A DNA stretch of 64,000 nucleotides from Macrostomum lignano. Its lineage: Eukaryota. Each line of letters opens with the position of its first letter. The first letter of the stretch is position 1. Location: positions 1 to 64,000 of the forward strand of contig NIVC01003046.1 of NCBI GenBank assembly GCA_002269645.1. The letters run 5' to 3'. This document shows positions 25,005 through 37,367 of the stretch, piece by piece. Under the pieces are notes generated by a model. It was not told the DNA's origin and did no database searches. It worked only from the letters and a program-made list of their open reading frames with translations. Position numbers and translations under genes: made by a program.

Positions 25005-25424
25005 TGCGCTGATCATATGCTAGTTAGCCTACTTATCTTAGTAGCACGATTAGTACATGAATTAGTCATTAGTTTTACATTGCTTATAAAGACGATTATG
25101 TCCATTTTTTAAACCTTATTTTATGGATTATTAATCTCAAATCTGTTGTCTGTTGTGCCTCTTCGGAGCATCATTTGCTTGCTCATTGTTTGTCTTCGTG
25201 CCAGGCATAAACCGGAGAGGTTGACAGCTCTGTATTTTTAATCTAGAAACTATTTTGAATACTCTGCGGGTCTAAACGGACTCTTTTGTTGTTAACTTTT
25301 AATTTTGTGTTTGTTTCTCCTAAAATTTGGCATTTCTACTGATTGTAATATGTCACAGCTAAACTACTTGCAAGTAGGATGACATGGGTTCTTGGTTACA
25401 AACTGTGTACGTTAGTGTCAAATT

Positions 25425-26470
25425 TTTCGTCTTGGTTAGACATGTTCGGGTTGTGTCCGAGCTTGCAGTCTTGACTGCATGTTCGGGTTGTGTCCGAGAT
25501 TGCAGTCTTGGTTGTACATGTTCGGGTCGTGTCCGAGATTGCACTCTTGGTTGTGCGAGTTGTGTCCGAGATTGCAGTCTTGGTTGTGCATGTTCGAGTT
25601 GTGTCCGAAATTGCAGTCTTGGTTGTGCGAGTTGTGTCCGAGATTGCAGTCTCGGTTGTGCATGTTTGAGTTGTGTCCGAAATTGCAGTCTTGGTTGTGC
25701 ATGTTCGAGTTGTGTCCGAAATTGCAGTCTTGGTTGTGCATGTTCGAGTTGTGTCCGAAATTGCAGTCTTGGTTGTGCGAGTTGTGTCCGAGATTGCAGT
25801 CTTGGTTGTGCGATTTGTGTCCGAGATTGCAGTCTTGGTTGTGCGAGTTGTGTCCGAGATTGCAGTCTTGGTTGTGCATGTTCGAGTTGTGTCCGAAATT
25901 GCAGTCTTGGTTGTGCGAGTTGTGTCCGAGATTGCAGTCTTGGTTGTGCGATTTGTGTCCGAGATTGCAGTCTTGGTTGTGCGAGTTGTGTCCGAGATTG
26001 CAGTCTTGGTTGTGCATGTTTGAGTTGTGTCTGAGATTGCAGTCTTGGTTGTACATGTTCGGGTTGTGTCGAGATCCAGTTTTGGTTGTGCATGTTCGAG
26101 TTGTGTCCGAAATTGCAGTCTTGGTTGTGCGAGTTGTGTCCGAGATTGCAGTCTTGGTTGTGCGAGTTGTGTCCGAGATTGCAGTCTTGGTTGTGCATGT
26201 TCGAGTTGTGTCCGAAATTGCAGTCTTGGTTGTGCGAGTTGTGTCCGAGATTGCAGTCTTGGTTGTGCGAGTTGTGTCCGAGATTTCAGTCTTGGTTGTG
26301 CGAGTTGTGTCCGAGATTGCAGTCTTGGTTGTGCATGTTTGAGTTGTGTCCGAGATTGCAGTCTTGGTTGTGCATGTTTGAGTTGTGTCTGAGATTGCAG
26401 TCTTGGTTGTACATGTTCGGGTTGTGTCGAGATCCAGTTTTGGTTGTGCATGGTAGAGTTGTGTCCGAGA
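25425..26470. repeat. 27/33-bp minisatellite (GTTGTGTCCGAGATTGCAGTCTTGGTTGTGC[ATGTTC]GA)n
   Basis: Mixed units with and without a 6-bp insert; explains the ORFs at 25359-26677. Confidence 0.95.
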
Positions 26471-27724
26471 TATCGGTATTGTTAGTGGTGTGCTTTTTCG
26501 AAGCGTATTATTTTTAATAGTAAAAATAATAGATATTGTTATAGGAAAGTTTTCGCCTGCTTTGACGCCATGACATGTAAAATGTTTAACAAAAAACAAA
26601 GAAGGTCCATCAAGCGCCCTTGGTGTTTCTTTCCAAGCATTCGAAGTATATTTTTCTGTTTGTAGTTTATCGATCAACTTTCACCTGTTGCTGTCAGCTG
26701 TTTCTCTCTTACCTGCACTCCGATTTGATTTATTGCTTAAAACGGATGGAAGCTTCGGCTCTAGAAAATATACGTTCAGTATTGTGTCATTATTTATTTA
26801 TTTGTTTGTTTATTTGCTATCTGCTTCAGGTCGTTGCTCTGCCCTTGTTAAACTAGATTTATAACAAATACGATTTTACAAATTTGCCCATAAATACGAG
26901 GGGTGTTGAATAAGTTTCCCGAAATTTTAGCCACAACTCCTTTGCACAGCTGCTTTATTGATTGGTAAAAAACCTGCAAATCGATTCAGAACTGTAAATT
27001 GGCACCCGGCTTTATTGGAGGGAGTGAAAATTCAGTAGCTTAAAGGTTCGAATCTCACATTTTTACGGTCTAGAAGCTGAAGCAGTTGTCACCGTTACTC
27101 CTAGTGTTATTGTGTTATTATTGAGTCCATTCTGTGATCTTATATCTTTTTTGTTGTTCGCCTAAAATTTAACTATGCATTGTCTTTCTGCACTACTGAT
27201 AGTAAAAATATAAGTAAGCAACAAGTAAAACATTAGACGAAACTATAAAGATGTTTAACAATTCTTGGCGGTTGCGGTTGCAGTATAAATATAATGCATA
27301 AAAATTAATACTATTTTATTGTCCGTTGTTATCGCAGAGTTATTATTATATTTATGTTTACAATTAGCAGACTGTCCAGTTGCTTTTTATTTTCCAGTCC
27401 ATTTTTTAATCATTATTATTCTTGTTCATTACAGGCTGCTACTTGCATTGTGCACCAAAATATTTTAACTTTACATTAAACATTATTTCTTGTTGTGGCA
27501 TGCACTCGTAAAATGCCTCTATTTGGAACAACTGTTTAGCATACTTACAATAGAAATGAATTTATTGATAATTAAAAGTATCACATCCATACGTTGCTAT
27601 GGTTTGTTTGATTGAATTCTTGTATTGAATTCTTCAGTTAATTGTGGTGTTAAGTTTTAAAAAATTCTTTTACAAGTAGTCTGTCAACAAATTATTGTTA
27701 TTGTTGGCTGCTGCTACATAAGCG

Positions 27725-28735
27725 GGTGGTTAGGGGAGGTGGGGTGGTGTGTGGGCAGAGTAGGTAGGTGGTTTGTGGGCAGAGTAGGTAGGTGGTTTGT
27801 GGGTGGAGAAGGTAGGTGGTTTGTGGGTTGAGAAGGTAGGGTGGTTTGAGACAGGAGAAGGTAGGGTGGTTTGAGGCAGGAGAAGGTAGGGTGGTTTGAG
27901 AGAGGAGAAGGTAGGGTGGTTTGTAGGTGGAGAAGGTAGGGTGGTTTGTAGGTGAAGGTAGGGTGGTTTGTAGGTGAAGGTAGGGTGGTTTGTAGGTTAA
28001 GGTAGGGTGGTTTGAGGGTGAAGAAGGTAGGGTGGTTTGAGGGTGAAGAAGGTAGGGTGGTTTGTGAGTGAAGGTAGGGTGGTTTGAGGCAGGAGAAGGT
28101 AGGGTGGTTTGTGAGTGAAGGTAGGGTGGTTTGTGGGTGGAGAAGGTAGGGTGGTTTGTGGGTGGAGAAGGTAAGGTGGTTTGTGGGTGGAGAAGGTAGG
28201 GTGGTTTGTAGGTGAAGGTAGGGTGGTTTGTAGGTGAAGGTAGGGTGGTTTGAGGGTGAAGAAGGTAGGGTGGTTTGAGGGTGAAGAAGGTAGGGTGGTT
28301 TGTGAGTGAAGGTAGGGTGGTTTGTGGGTGGAGAAGGTAGGGTGGTTTGTGAGTGAAGGTAAGGTGGTTTGTGGGTGGAGAAGGTAGGGTGGTTTGTGGG
28401 CGGAGAAGGTAGGGTGGTTTGTGGGCGGAGAAGGTAGGGTGGTTTGTGAGTGAAGGTAGGGTGGTTTGTGGGCGGAGAAGGTAGGGTGATTTGTGAGCGA
28501 AGGTAGAGTGGTTTGTGGGTGGAGAAGGTAAGGTGGTTTGTGGGTGGAGAAGGTAGGGTAGTTTGTGGGCGGAGAAGGTAGGGTGGTTTGTAGGCGGAGA
28601 AGGTAGGGTCGTTTGTGAGTGAAGGTAGGGTGGTGTTTGGGTGGAGAAGGTAGGGTGGTTTGTGGGTGGAGAAGGTAGGGTGGTTTGTGGGCGGAGAAGG
28701 TAGGGTGGTTTGAAGGTGGAGAAGGTGGGGTGAAG
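27725..28735. repeat. 22/25-bp G-rich minisatellite (GGGTGGTTTGTGGGTGGAGAAGGTA)n
   Basis: Tandem units with strong G skew. Confidence 0.95.
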
Positions 28736-28823
28736 TATGGGTGGAATAGGTTTAGTATCCAGCTGCCTGTTTTCCTGTAGGTTCATATTTTTTCGATACA
28801 TATCGGCTCAATTTTATTTTCAG

Positions 28824-31800
28824 CCTGGCCACGCCGATGCAGCGACGCGGGGAGCGGAGGGGCCGGCTCCTAAGTCCGCCCCAGTCGAGGACGGCGTGGA
28901 GGAGGCTGACGCATCCAACACTGACGGAAGCCGCAGCATGGAGTTCGTAGTGGTGACGACGGATAATGACGGAGGATCCGCGCTGGACGGCGGCTACGGC
29001 TGGGCGGTGGTGGGCGCCGCCTTCATGGTCAACCTGCTGGCGGACGGCATCACCTTCTCGTTCGGCCTGCTGCTCACTGAGCTGTTCAACTCGCTGGGCG
29101 ACTCCCGCGAGCAGCTGGCCTGGATCAGCTCCCTGCTGTGCGGCGCGCCGCTGCTGCTGGGACCTGTCACCTCCGTGCTTGTCGACAGGTCAGCGCACCT
29201 GGCCTGCACTCCTCATCTGCTTCTTCATCCGCTCCACATCAGTTGCGACACTCATTCGCCCCCATCACCCACTCTCATCCGCCCCCATCCCCTGAACTCT
29301 CATCCGCCCCAGCCCCAACTCTCATCCGCCCCAGCCCCAACTTTTATCCGCCCCTATCAACACTCTCATCCGCCCCACCCATACTCTCATCCGCCCCAAT
29401 CACCCACTCTCATCCGCCCCAGCCCCAACTCTCATCTGCCCCATCCCCAACTTTCATCCGCCCCCATCACCCATTCTCATCCGCCCCATCCTCACTCTCA
29501 TCCGCCCCCATCCCCACTCTCATCCGCCCCCACGCCACCGCAGGTTCGGCTGCCGGCGGGTGTGCATGGCCGGCGGGCTGCTGTCGGGCGCCGGTTTCGC
29601 TGTGGTATTCGCGGGGCCGCCCAGCCGCTTACTGGTGGTGCTGTCGGCTGGCCTGGTGTCAGGCCTGGGCCTGGGGCTGTGCTACATGCCGGCGGTCACG
29701 TCAGTGTCCTATTATTTCCGAAGACGCAGAGCTCTGGCCACTGGCATCTCGGTATCGGGTTCGGGCGTTGGCACCCTGTTATTCGCCTACATCACCGGAG
29801 CCTGTCTGAACACCTACGGTTGGCGGGGCTCGTTTCTACTATTAGGCGGACTGCTGTTTAATCTGTGCGCCTGCGGTGCGCTGCTTAGACCCCTGGCGCC
29901 TCGACTGAAACGGACCAGGCTGCGATTGGACAAGGCCAATCAGGCCGAGTCGAGGCATAATGTTGAGCTTCGGCTGGGTGAATTTTTCGAATTTTAATTG
30001 TCTTCAAACCCAACTAAATGCTTGAACATCTGAAATCTTATTCCATTGTTTGTCCGATATGGATCCCACGCTGTTCACATCTTAGTAAGAATCCCATTTA
30101 CAAAGTTCAGCATTCCATCACCTGGGTTATTGATACCATATTGAATACCTGAGTTCGAATCCCCATATGGATCCCCGTGTCGATCCCCCAGTTCAAAATC
30201 CACACATTGATCCCTGCGTGAGTTCATAATCCCATTCCCGTAATTCAGAATCACATTTGGGATAAGAATCCCATTCCACCTTTTAACACACTTATCTTGA
30301 ACACTTTAGATAACAGCGGAAACCGTGGCGAGCTGTCGCTAGCCAGGCGTCACCTGTTTCTTCTGTCTCGAGGCTCCGCCGCTGGCTCCGCTGTCGAGAA
30401 GTCGGTGAACAACGCTGAATGCAACCAGATAGACGACATTGAATCCAGCATTACTGACAGGACTGAAGGCCAGATTGCCAAGTTTGTTGCTTTTGTTCTC
30501 TTCTATTGGGAGTGGAACTAGAGATGGAATCACAAGGCAGGCAGCTGGAGACAGGGAAGCTGGAGCAGTGAAAAGGAGATATTTAGACACTGGCAGAGAG
30601 ACGTAGGCATTAGTAGGGAGAGAAGTAGACAGTGTAAATTAGATAGGCAGTGGAAAGAGTTAGTTGGATGAAAGGAGATAGACAGAAGGAGGGAGAGAGG
30701 TAAACAGTATGACAGAGAAAGGTAGATAGTAGGAGGGAGAGAAGTAAACAGTAGGAGGGAGAGAGGTAGACAGTAGGACAGAGAAAGGTAGACAGTAGGA
30801 CGGAGAGAAGTAGACAGTAGTAGGGAGAGGTAGACAGTAGGACAGAGAGAGGTAGACTGTAGGAGGGAGAGGTAGACAGTAGGAGGGAGAGAGGTAGACT
30901 GTAGGAGGGAGAGACGTAGACAGTAGGACAGAGAAGGTAGACAGTAGGAGGGAGAGAAGTAGACAGTAGGACAGAGAAAGGTAGACAGTAGGACGGAGAG
31001 AAGTAGACAGTAGTAGGGAGAGGTAGACAGTAGGACAGAGAGAGGTAGACTGTAGGAGGGAGAGGTAGACAGTAGGAGGGAGAGAGGTAGACTGTAGGAG
31101 GGAGAGACGTAGACAGTAGGACAGAGAAGGTAGACAGTAGGAGGGAGAGAAGTAGACAGTAGGAGGGAGAGAGGTAGACTGTAAGAGGGAGAGGTAGACA
31201 GTATGAGGGAGAGAGGTAGACTGTAGGAGGGAGAGGTAGACAGTATGAGGGAGAGAGGTAGACAGTAGGAGGGAGAGAGATAGACTGTAGGAGGGAGAGA
31301 AGTAGACAGTAGGAGGGAGAGAGATAGACTGTAGGAGGGAGAGGTAGACTGTCATGAACGCGAATTGTGGTCGATTGCCTTTTTGTCCGAATAGGAAATA
31401 ATTTCAACAGCTTTTATTTGTTAGCTATGAGGCAACTTAGGCAACTTAGAATTCTTGAGGTACGAACGAACGAACGACCTCTTAGCTCTTACAGGGACAC
31501 GCCAGGTTGGAACATAGATAATAAGATGAGGCACCGCTTTTGCTATAAGCAACGAAACTAACGAGTATGCGATAACATAGCACTGATAGCATAGCATGTC
31601 CCCCTTTCGATGAGAACTTCGATGAGGTCATAAAATGTGAATAAACAAAGCCATAAAGGTGTAGGTTGTAGTTAGAGCTCCAATACGACAGAGTTAGAAC
31701 ATTAACAGATTATGGCACAAAACGATCAGGTGCATGCCAAGCTCGTGTGCTTCTGCGCGGTGCATGTCCAGCTTTCTGTTGGTCATTCATAGGCTGCTCC

Positions 31801-34800
31801 TCCTGGTCCGGAAGCTTGAAAGCAACTTCCTCCTCCTCCTCAGTCCCAGGTAGCGGGGCGATTTGGTTGTTGCTCGCCAGTCGCAACTTGTCCTCAGCGA
31901 ACAGCCAGGAGGTATTGTGTCCTCGCGACATCAGAAACTCAGCTTGGGAGGAAGGAGCATCAGATTTGGGCTTGTATACCACTTTGGCGCCCTGTTAAAA
32001 CGCAGAAACTACTGGAACTCGAAGGGGACGTCCAAAGAGCAATTCAGCCGGCCTCTTGCCGCGCCACAGAGAGGAGTTGCGGTGGTGCAGGAGCACTTTC
32101 TGCATGTAGGAAATAAAGTCACAGTGAGTCAGTCGCTGAGTCCAGGCCTTAAGGGCCCTCTTAACTGTCTGCACAGCGCGCTCTGCGGTGCCGATGGATT
32201 GCGGTGAGTAGGGCGGCGATTCCAACTTGCGCGCTCCGTTAGCTTGTAGCCAGTCCAGCAAAACTTCAGATGTAAATTCGGCCCCGCTATCGGAAACTAC
32301 GACCTCTGGAACACCAAACCGGTAAAAAACAGTCCGAAGGCACTTTAGGACGCTGTCGGCAGATCTATCCTTTGATGGAAAGGCCTCGATCCATCCGGAA
32401 AAGGCATCGACAACTATCAGAATGTTCCCGACTTCAGGCACGAAGACCCAATCCATGTGTATTCTCTGGAATGGGGCCGATTCCGGGGGCCAAATGTCGC
32501 GTGACTTCATCAGACGGGGCCTTAATTTAGCGCATGCGTAGCACTGGCGCACAAACTCCTCCGTGTCGTGGTGCATTCCAGGCCACCAGCAGGTTAGAGA
32601 CAGTAGGTTGAAGGTTGCCGAAACTCCCGAATGAGTGTCGTGAACCGCTTTAAATGCTTCGAGGCGCAACCCAGGCGGAATGAAGACACGCCTTCTCATG
32701 TACAACAGACCATTTTCAATCGTCAGGCACTCAGCTACCTTCTTGAACGGCATCTCAGCTTCCGAGCAGTCCTTCCAGTTTCCTGTACGGACCGACCCTC
32801 TTCATCACCCGCTGAGTTAAGGAGTCGGCAGCGAGTTCACTAGCAATTCGCTGAGGATCCACTTTAGGGGACTCGAATGCCACACAGTAAATGGACTCAA
32901 CGATCTCCTTTGGCTCCGAGTCTACTTTTTCAAATGGCAGGCGCGAGAGCGCATTTGCGTGTGGGATCTTTACACCGGGAATGTACTGAATTTCGAAATC
33001 AAACTGCATCAAATACAGTGCCCATCGACTGATCCTGGCCGAAGTATTTGTGGGAATCGCACCACCAAAAAGGCGCAGGAGTGGTTAGTGGTCTGTTTGG
33101 ACTGTGAATCTTCTTCCCTGGAGGTAGTGCTTCAGACGGCACACTGCCCAAAAAATTGCAAGTGCCTCCCTTTCGATGTTAGAGTAGTTCTCTTCAGCTT
33201 GCGAGAGCGTTCTGGAAAGGAAGATTACCGGATGGCTTTCCTGTGTCACGACACCTGCCAGCGCCCCTTTAGATGCATCCGTCGTCAGCGTGACCTTCTC
33301 AAGTGAGTATGGTTGTACCACAGGTCTCGTGGAGATCTCCTTTTTCAAGCACTCGAAAGCTCGAGTACAGTCTTCCGACCAGATAAAGGGAGTGGCGGGC
33401 TTGCGCAGACGGTTCAGTGGTGCAACTTTAAAAGAGAATTCAGGAATGAGGCGTCCAAAAAAATTGACTAATCCCAAAAACTGCTCAACCTCCTTCTTCG
33501 AACTCGGGATGGATATGCGCTGGATCTTTTCTACCGGCTTGTCATCGGGCCAGATCCCAGCCGCCGAAATCTTAAAGCCGAGGAAGGTAATCTCATCGCA
33601 TAAGTCAATGCACTTTTTCTCATTGATACGGACTTTTTTATTGGCCAGTCTCGTCTTAACCGAGGTAAGTCGCTTACTAAGCGAGTCGGCATTCTCAGCA
33701 AAAACAGGAACATCATCCTGATAAATAAGTATTCCTTTTAGATCGGTCAGGATGCTCTCCATCGCCCTTTTGGAATATAAATGAAGCATTTTTCATGACC
33801 ATCTGCAGTCGCTTGACACGATAGAGTCCGCGTGAAGTGTTGATGGTTGAAAGCTCCTGTGCCTCCTCATAAAGAGCAATTTGCCAGTAGGCCGATCGTA
33901 GGTCTACCTTTGCAAACTTCTTAGCATTCTTTAGCTTGGCAAACAGGTGCTCAGTAGATGGAATGGGGTACGAGTCCGACTTTATCTTCGCATTTACATG
34001 AACCTTATAGTCAGCGCACATTCTGAGCGATCCATCAGATTTCTTGACCCACACCACGGGAGAAGCATTACTTACCGGTCCTTCCACCGGCTCAATGACG
34101 CCCAACTGCTGCAGTTTCTCAAGTTCGGCGTTGATTTTCTCTTCCATGGATAGCAGGACCGGGCGAGCACGGCAGAACTGAGGCGTCGTCCCCTCAAGTA
34201 GCTCCATGTAGGCCTTGACACCCTTGATCGTTGGCAGGGGCTCGACTGCCGGTGGCGCAGATGCTGTTGCTCCGTGGAAGATTGCATCAGAGTCCAGCAA
34301 GTCTCGCCCCAAAAGGCCGAACGACTTTGAGGACGAAACAACCATAAGCTCCATGGGATGCAGGCGTTTACGTAGCTCTACTACAGTCACAAGCTTGCCC
34401 AGTGTCTTCAGGCTATGCCCATCGTACGCCTCCAGGCGCCGGTTACACTCTTTTAGCTGCGGTCAGTTCAGATCTTCCCAGATCTTTGACGAGAGCACTG
34501 AGACAGAAGCACCGGTGTCCACCTGCATAGGAATCTTGACACCGTTTAGTAGCATAGTCTCCGAGGCTTCAGAAATGGCATGCACTTGGCCTACATCAGC
34601 CAGATGAAGTAGATCCGCTCGATCGTGCGTAGAGTCGCTAAGGGGGGAGAGAGGGAGACAGTAGGAGGGATAGAGGTAAACAGTAGGACAGAGAAAGGTA
34701 GACAGTAGGAGGGAGAGAAGTAAACAGTAGGAGGGAGAGAGGTAGACATTAGGGAGAGAGGTAGACAGTACAAAACAACAAACCTTCCCTTCCCACCGCA

Positions 34801-36388
34801 GGCTGGCTCACCTGCTGCGGCGGCCAGTCTACCTTCTATTGCTGGCGTCCAACTTTCTGTTATATTTCTGGTACAACATCACCTATTACTTCCTACCCGA
34901 TCACGCGACCGAATTAGGCTTCAGCAGCCAGCAGTCGGAGCTTGTCATCGCCATTGTAGGCGTATCCAATGCTGTGGGCCAGATAGCCATAGGCGTGATT
35001 GCCGATCATCCGAGGGTGAACGCCACTTTGCTGTACAGCCTGTGCATTGGACTGGCCGGCCTGTCAAACAGCCTCATCCCGCTGTGCGCCAGTCTGTCAG
35101 CTTTGATTGTCTATGGCCTGTCGTTTGGCTTCTTGATTAGCGCCAATTTCGCATTGGGCTCCATACTGCTGATTGACAGGTTCGGATTGGAAAGATTCAC
35201 GTCTGCCTACGGTGTTATGCTGTTTGTGCAGGGCCTGGCTAGCTTGTTCGGACCGCCGGCTATTGGTAAGCTGTTTGTCTGTTATAGTGCCTGTTTATAA
35301 GTTGTTTACAGTCTCTGTTTATTGCTTCCAGGCTGTTTTCAGTGTTTGTTTAATAGCTGCTTTCAGTGTCAGTTTAGGCCTGTTTTTGGTGTCAGTTTAA
35401 GGCTGTTTTCAGTGTCTGTTTATAGCTGTTTTTGGTGTCTGTTTATGGCTGTTTATGGTGTCTGTTTATGGCGGTTTTTGGTGTCTGTTTATGGCTGTTT
35501 TTGGTGTCTGTTTATGGCGGTTTTTGGTGTCTGTTTATGGCTGTTTTCAGTGTCTGTTTATAGCTGTTTTTGGTGTCTGTTTATGGCTGTTTATGGTGTC
35601 TGTTTATGGCGGTTTTTGGTGTCTGTTTATGGCTGTTTTTGGTGTCTGTTTATGGCTGTTTTTGGTGTCTGTTTATGGCGGTTTTTGGTGTCTGTTTATG
35701 GCTGTTTTTGGTGTCTGTTTATGGCTGTTTTGGTGTCTGATTATGGCTGTTTTTGGTGTCTGTTTATGGCTGTTTTGGTGTCTGTTTATGGCTGTTTTTG
35801 GTGTCTGTTTATGGCGGTTTTTGGTGTCTGTTTATGGCTGTTTTTGGTGTCTGTTTATGGCTGTTTTGGTGTCTGTTTATGGCTGTTTTTGGTGTCTGTT
35901 TATGGCTGTTTTGGTGTCTGTTTATGGCTGTTTTTGGTGTCTGTTTATGGCCGTTTACATTGTCTGCTTATGACAGTTTATTATCGTGTGTATTTATGGT
36001 TGTTTATTATCGTCTCGGTTTATGGCTGTTTACAGTGTCTGTTTAAATCTGTCAATCTGTTTAATACTGTATGACTCTGTTCACAGCATCTCTTCACCGC
36101 GGCCCCGCCCTCCATCCCCCAGGCTACATGCGGGACTCGGACGCCAATTACAACCGGGCATTTGTTTACTCCGGAATTTTCATTGCCGCCTCCGCTCTGC
36201 TCATAGTGCCGTCCTATTTCCGGTTCTGCCTTCTGGCCCGGCTCTCCTGCTCCTGCTGCTGCTGGGGTCGCCACCTGAGCTCATCCTCCATTGCCATCTC
36301 TTCTGCGGTAGCGCGCACGCCGAATTCTAAGCAAAGCAGCCAGTCAGTTGAGCCCGAGCTGAAGTCTGCTGAGTCCGAGCATTTATAG
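28824..36388 (+). CDS. Monocarboxylate transporter (SLC16/MCT family, MFS), 5 recognisable exons; 5' end uncertain
   Basis: Exons 28824-29188, 29544-29977, 30310-30481, 34802-35265, 36123-36388; GT-AG with phases 2,1,2,1 consistent. TM1 motif DGGYGW, DR|FGCRRV loop, SYYFRRRRALATGI, YGWRG, LLIDRFGLERFTSAYG and GPPAIG. First in-frame ATG in the exon is at 28938; an upstream exon is possible. Confidence 0.93.
29230..29535. repeat. 23-bp C-rich minisatellite (CCCCATCACCCACTCTCATCCGC)n filling SLC16 intron 1
   Basis: Tandem units running up to the acceptor. Confidence 0.9.
30620..34770. repeat. About 22-bp purine-rich minisatellite (GTAGACAGTAGGAGGGAGAGAG)n interrupted by a Gypsy element
   Basis: The array runs 30620-31349 and resumes at 34650-34770. 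Confidence 0.9.
31350..34640 (-). mobile_element. Ty3/Gypsy LTR retrotransposon, 5'-truncated, pol disrupted
   Basis: Order PR (QVDTGAS, about 34515) - RT (KKSDGSLRMCADY, KVDLRSAYWQ, YQDD) - RNase H (TTDASKG, NYSNIEREALA) - IN (HDTHSG...CYAC, IHMDW, VSDSG, GTAERAV) - C-terminal RRSTR...PDRF, split over ORFs 33713, 33085, 32755, 31995 and 31710. The probable 3' LTR has its outer end at TGT (31350); its inner boundary is uncertain (31596 or 31707). No gag or 5' LTR. Confidence 0.95.
35390..35960. repeat. 22-23-bp minisatellite (TGTCTGTTTATGGCTGTTTTTGG)n, SLC16 intron 4
   Basis: Tandem units. Confidence 0.95.
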
Positions 36389-37367
36389 TGTGACCTTGAA
36401 ACTGTTTCTCTTTCAATTAGTAACGATAAGTTGAATGTTGCAAGTTGTTGACTTTTTTAGTTTATTTGCATTTAGAAGTGGGTGCCTGCTATTTTGCATT
36501 TATCCCCTAATTGCTTTGTTTTCTCTGTTTTGTTTTGTTTTTATTTATTTGCTCAAATAGAATGACAAAAATACGGATAAAACGATGATTGTCGTTTTAT
36601 ATAAGAAACATTCTAAACATCTATGTGCCCTGTGTGTATTTTCATTGACTTAAACTGATTTTTATTGTCATAGTATTTAATAATATCAATTATCGCAGTT
36701 TTCAGTTTAGACAATTTTTCTTTTTTTTCACAAATTAAGCATTAAAACTTTCAGACGCCGCTGCTTACTTCCGCTTCAGTAGTATGTAAAGGAAAATAAT
36801 AGTTTTTTCTGCATGCAAGATGGCAATTAAAACTGCTTAAAGACCTGGGTTTTTGTGTCAATGTGTGTTATGAATTGATCCTTATCAATTTTCACGTGAG
36901 TCACGTGACTGATTTGTTATCAGTACAGAATGTACATTACGTTTACGGGACAAATAATGTACATGACAGCCTATAGGGAAAGGGTCATAATCAAGAGATT
37001 GAGCCAAACGGATTTTTAAGTAAAAAAATCGATTCTTGTTACGTTTTCTTCATGGAGGGAAGGGGTAACTGACAAATGTCAGTTTGGAAGTACACCCACG
37101 AGGGAGAAAATTCTAGAATGCCCACGAGGTGGCCGCGTGATTCTATGGTTACAATGGCGTCTGCCCATGTTCGACCTTTCTTAAATAGAAGGTATTTTAA
37201 CCTACGTACCGGTATAGAGAGCTCAATTTCTTGACATTTTCCCGTGTTGCTACATGCATATTATACTACTGAATTGTAAGTAGCTAAACAGCGGCCTACA
37301 CGAATTTTAGTTACATGAATACGAAACTAGCATCTGTATAGCGGTTCAATGTGGATTCTGGACTCGA

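Noticed and set aside
21487-26470. CRISPR-like regularly spaced repeats
   Set aside because: The units are contiguous with no unique spacers, there are no cas genes, and the context is eukaryotic.
26895-26920. Mariner-like end TACGAGGGGTGTTGAATAAGTTTCC
   Set aside because: No matching opposite TIR or transposase nearby; at most a solo remnant.
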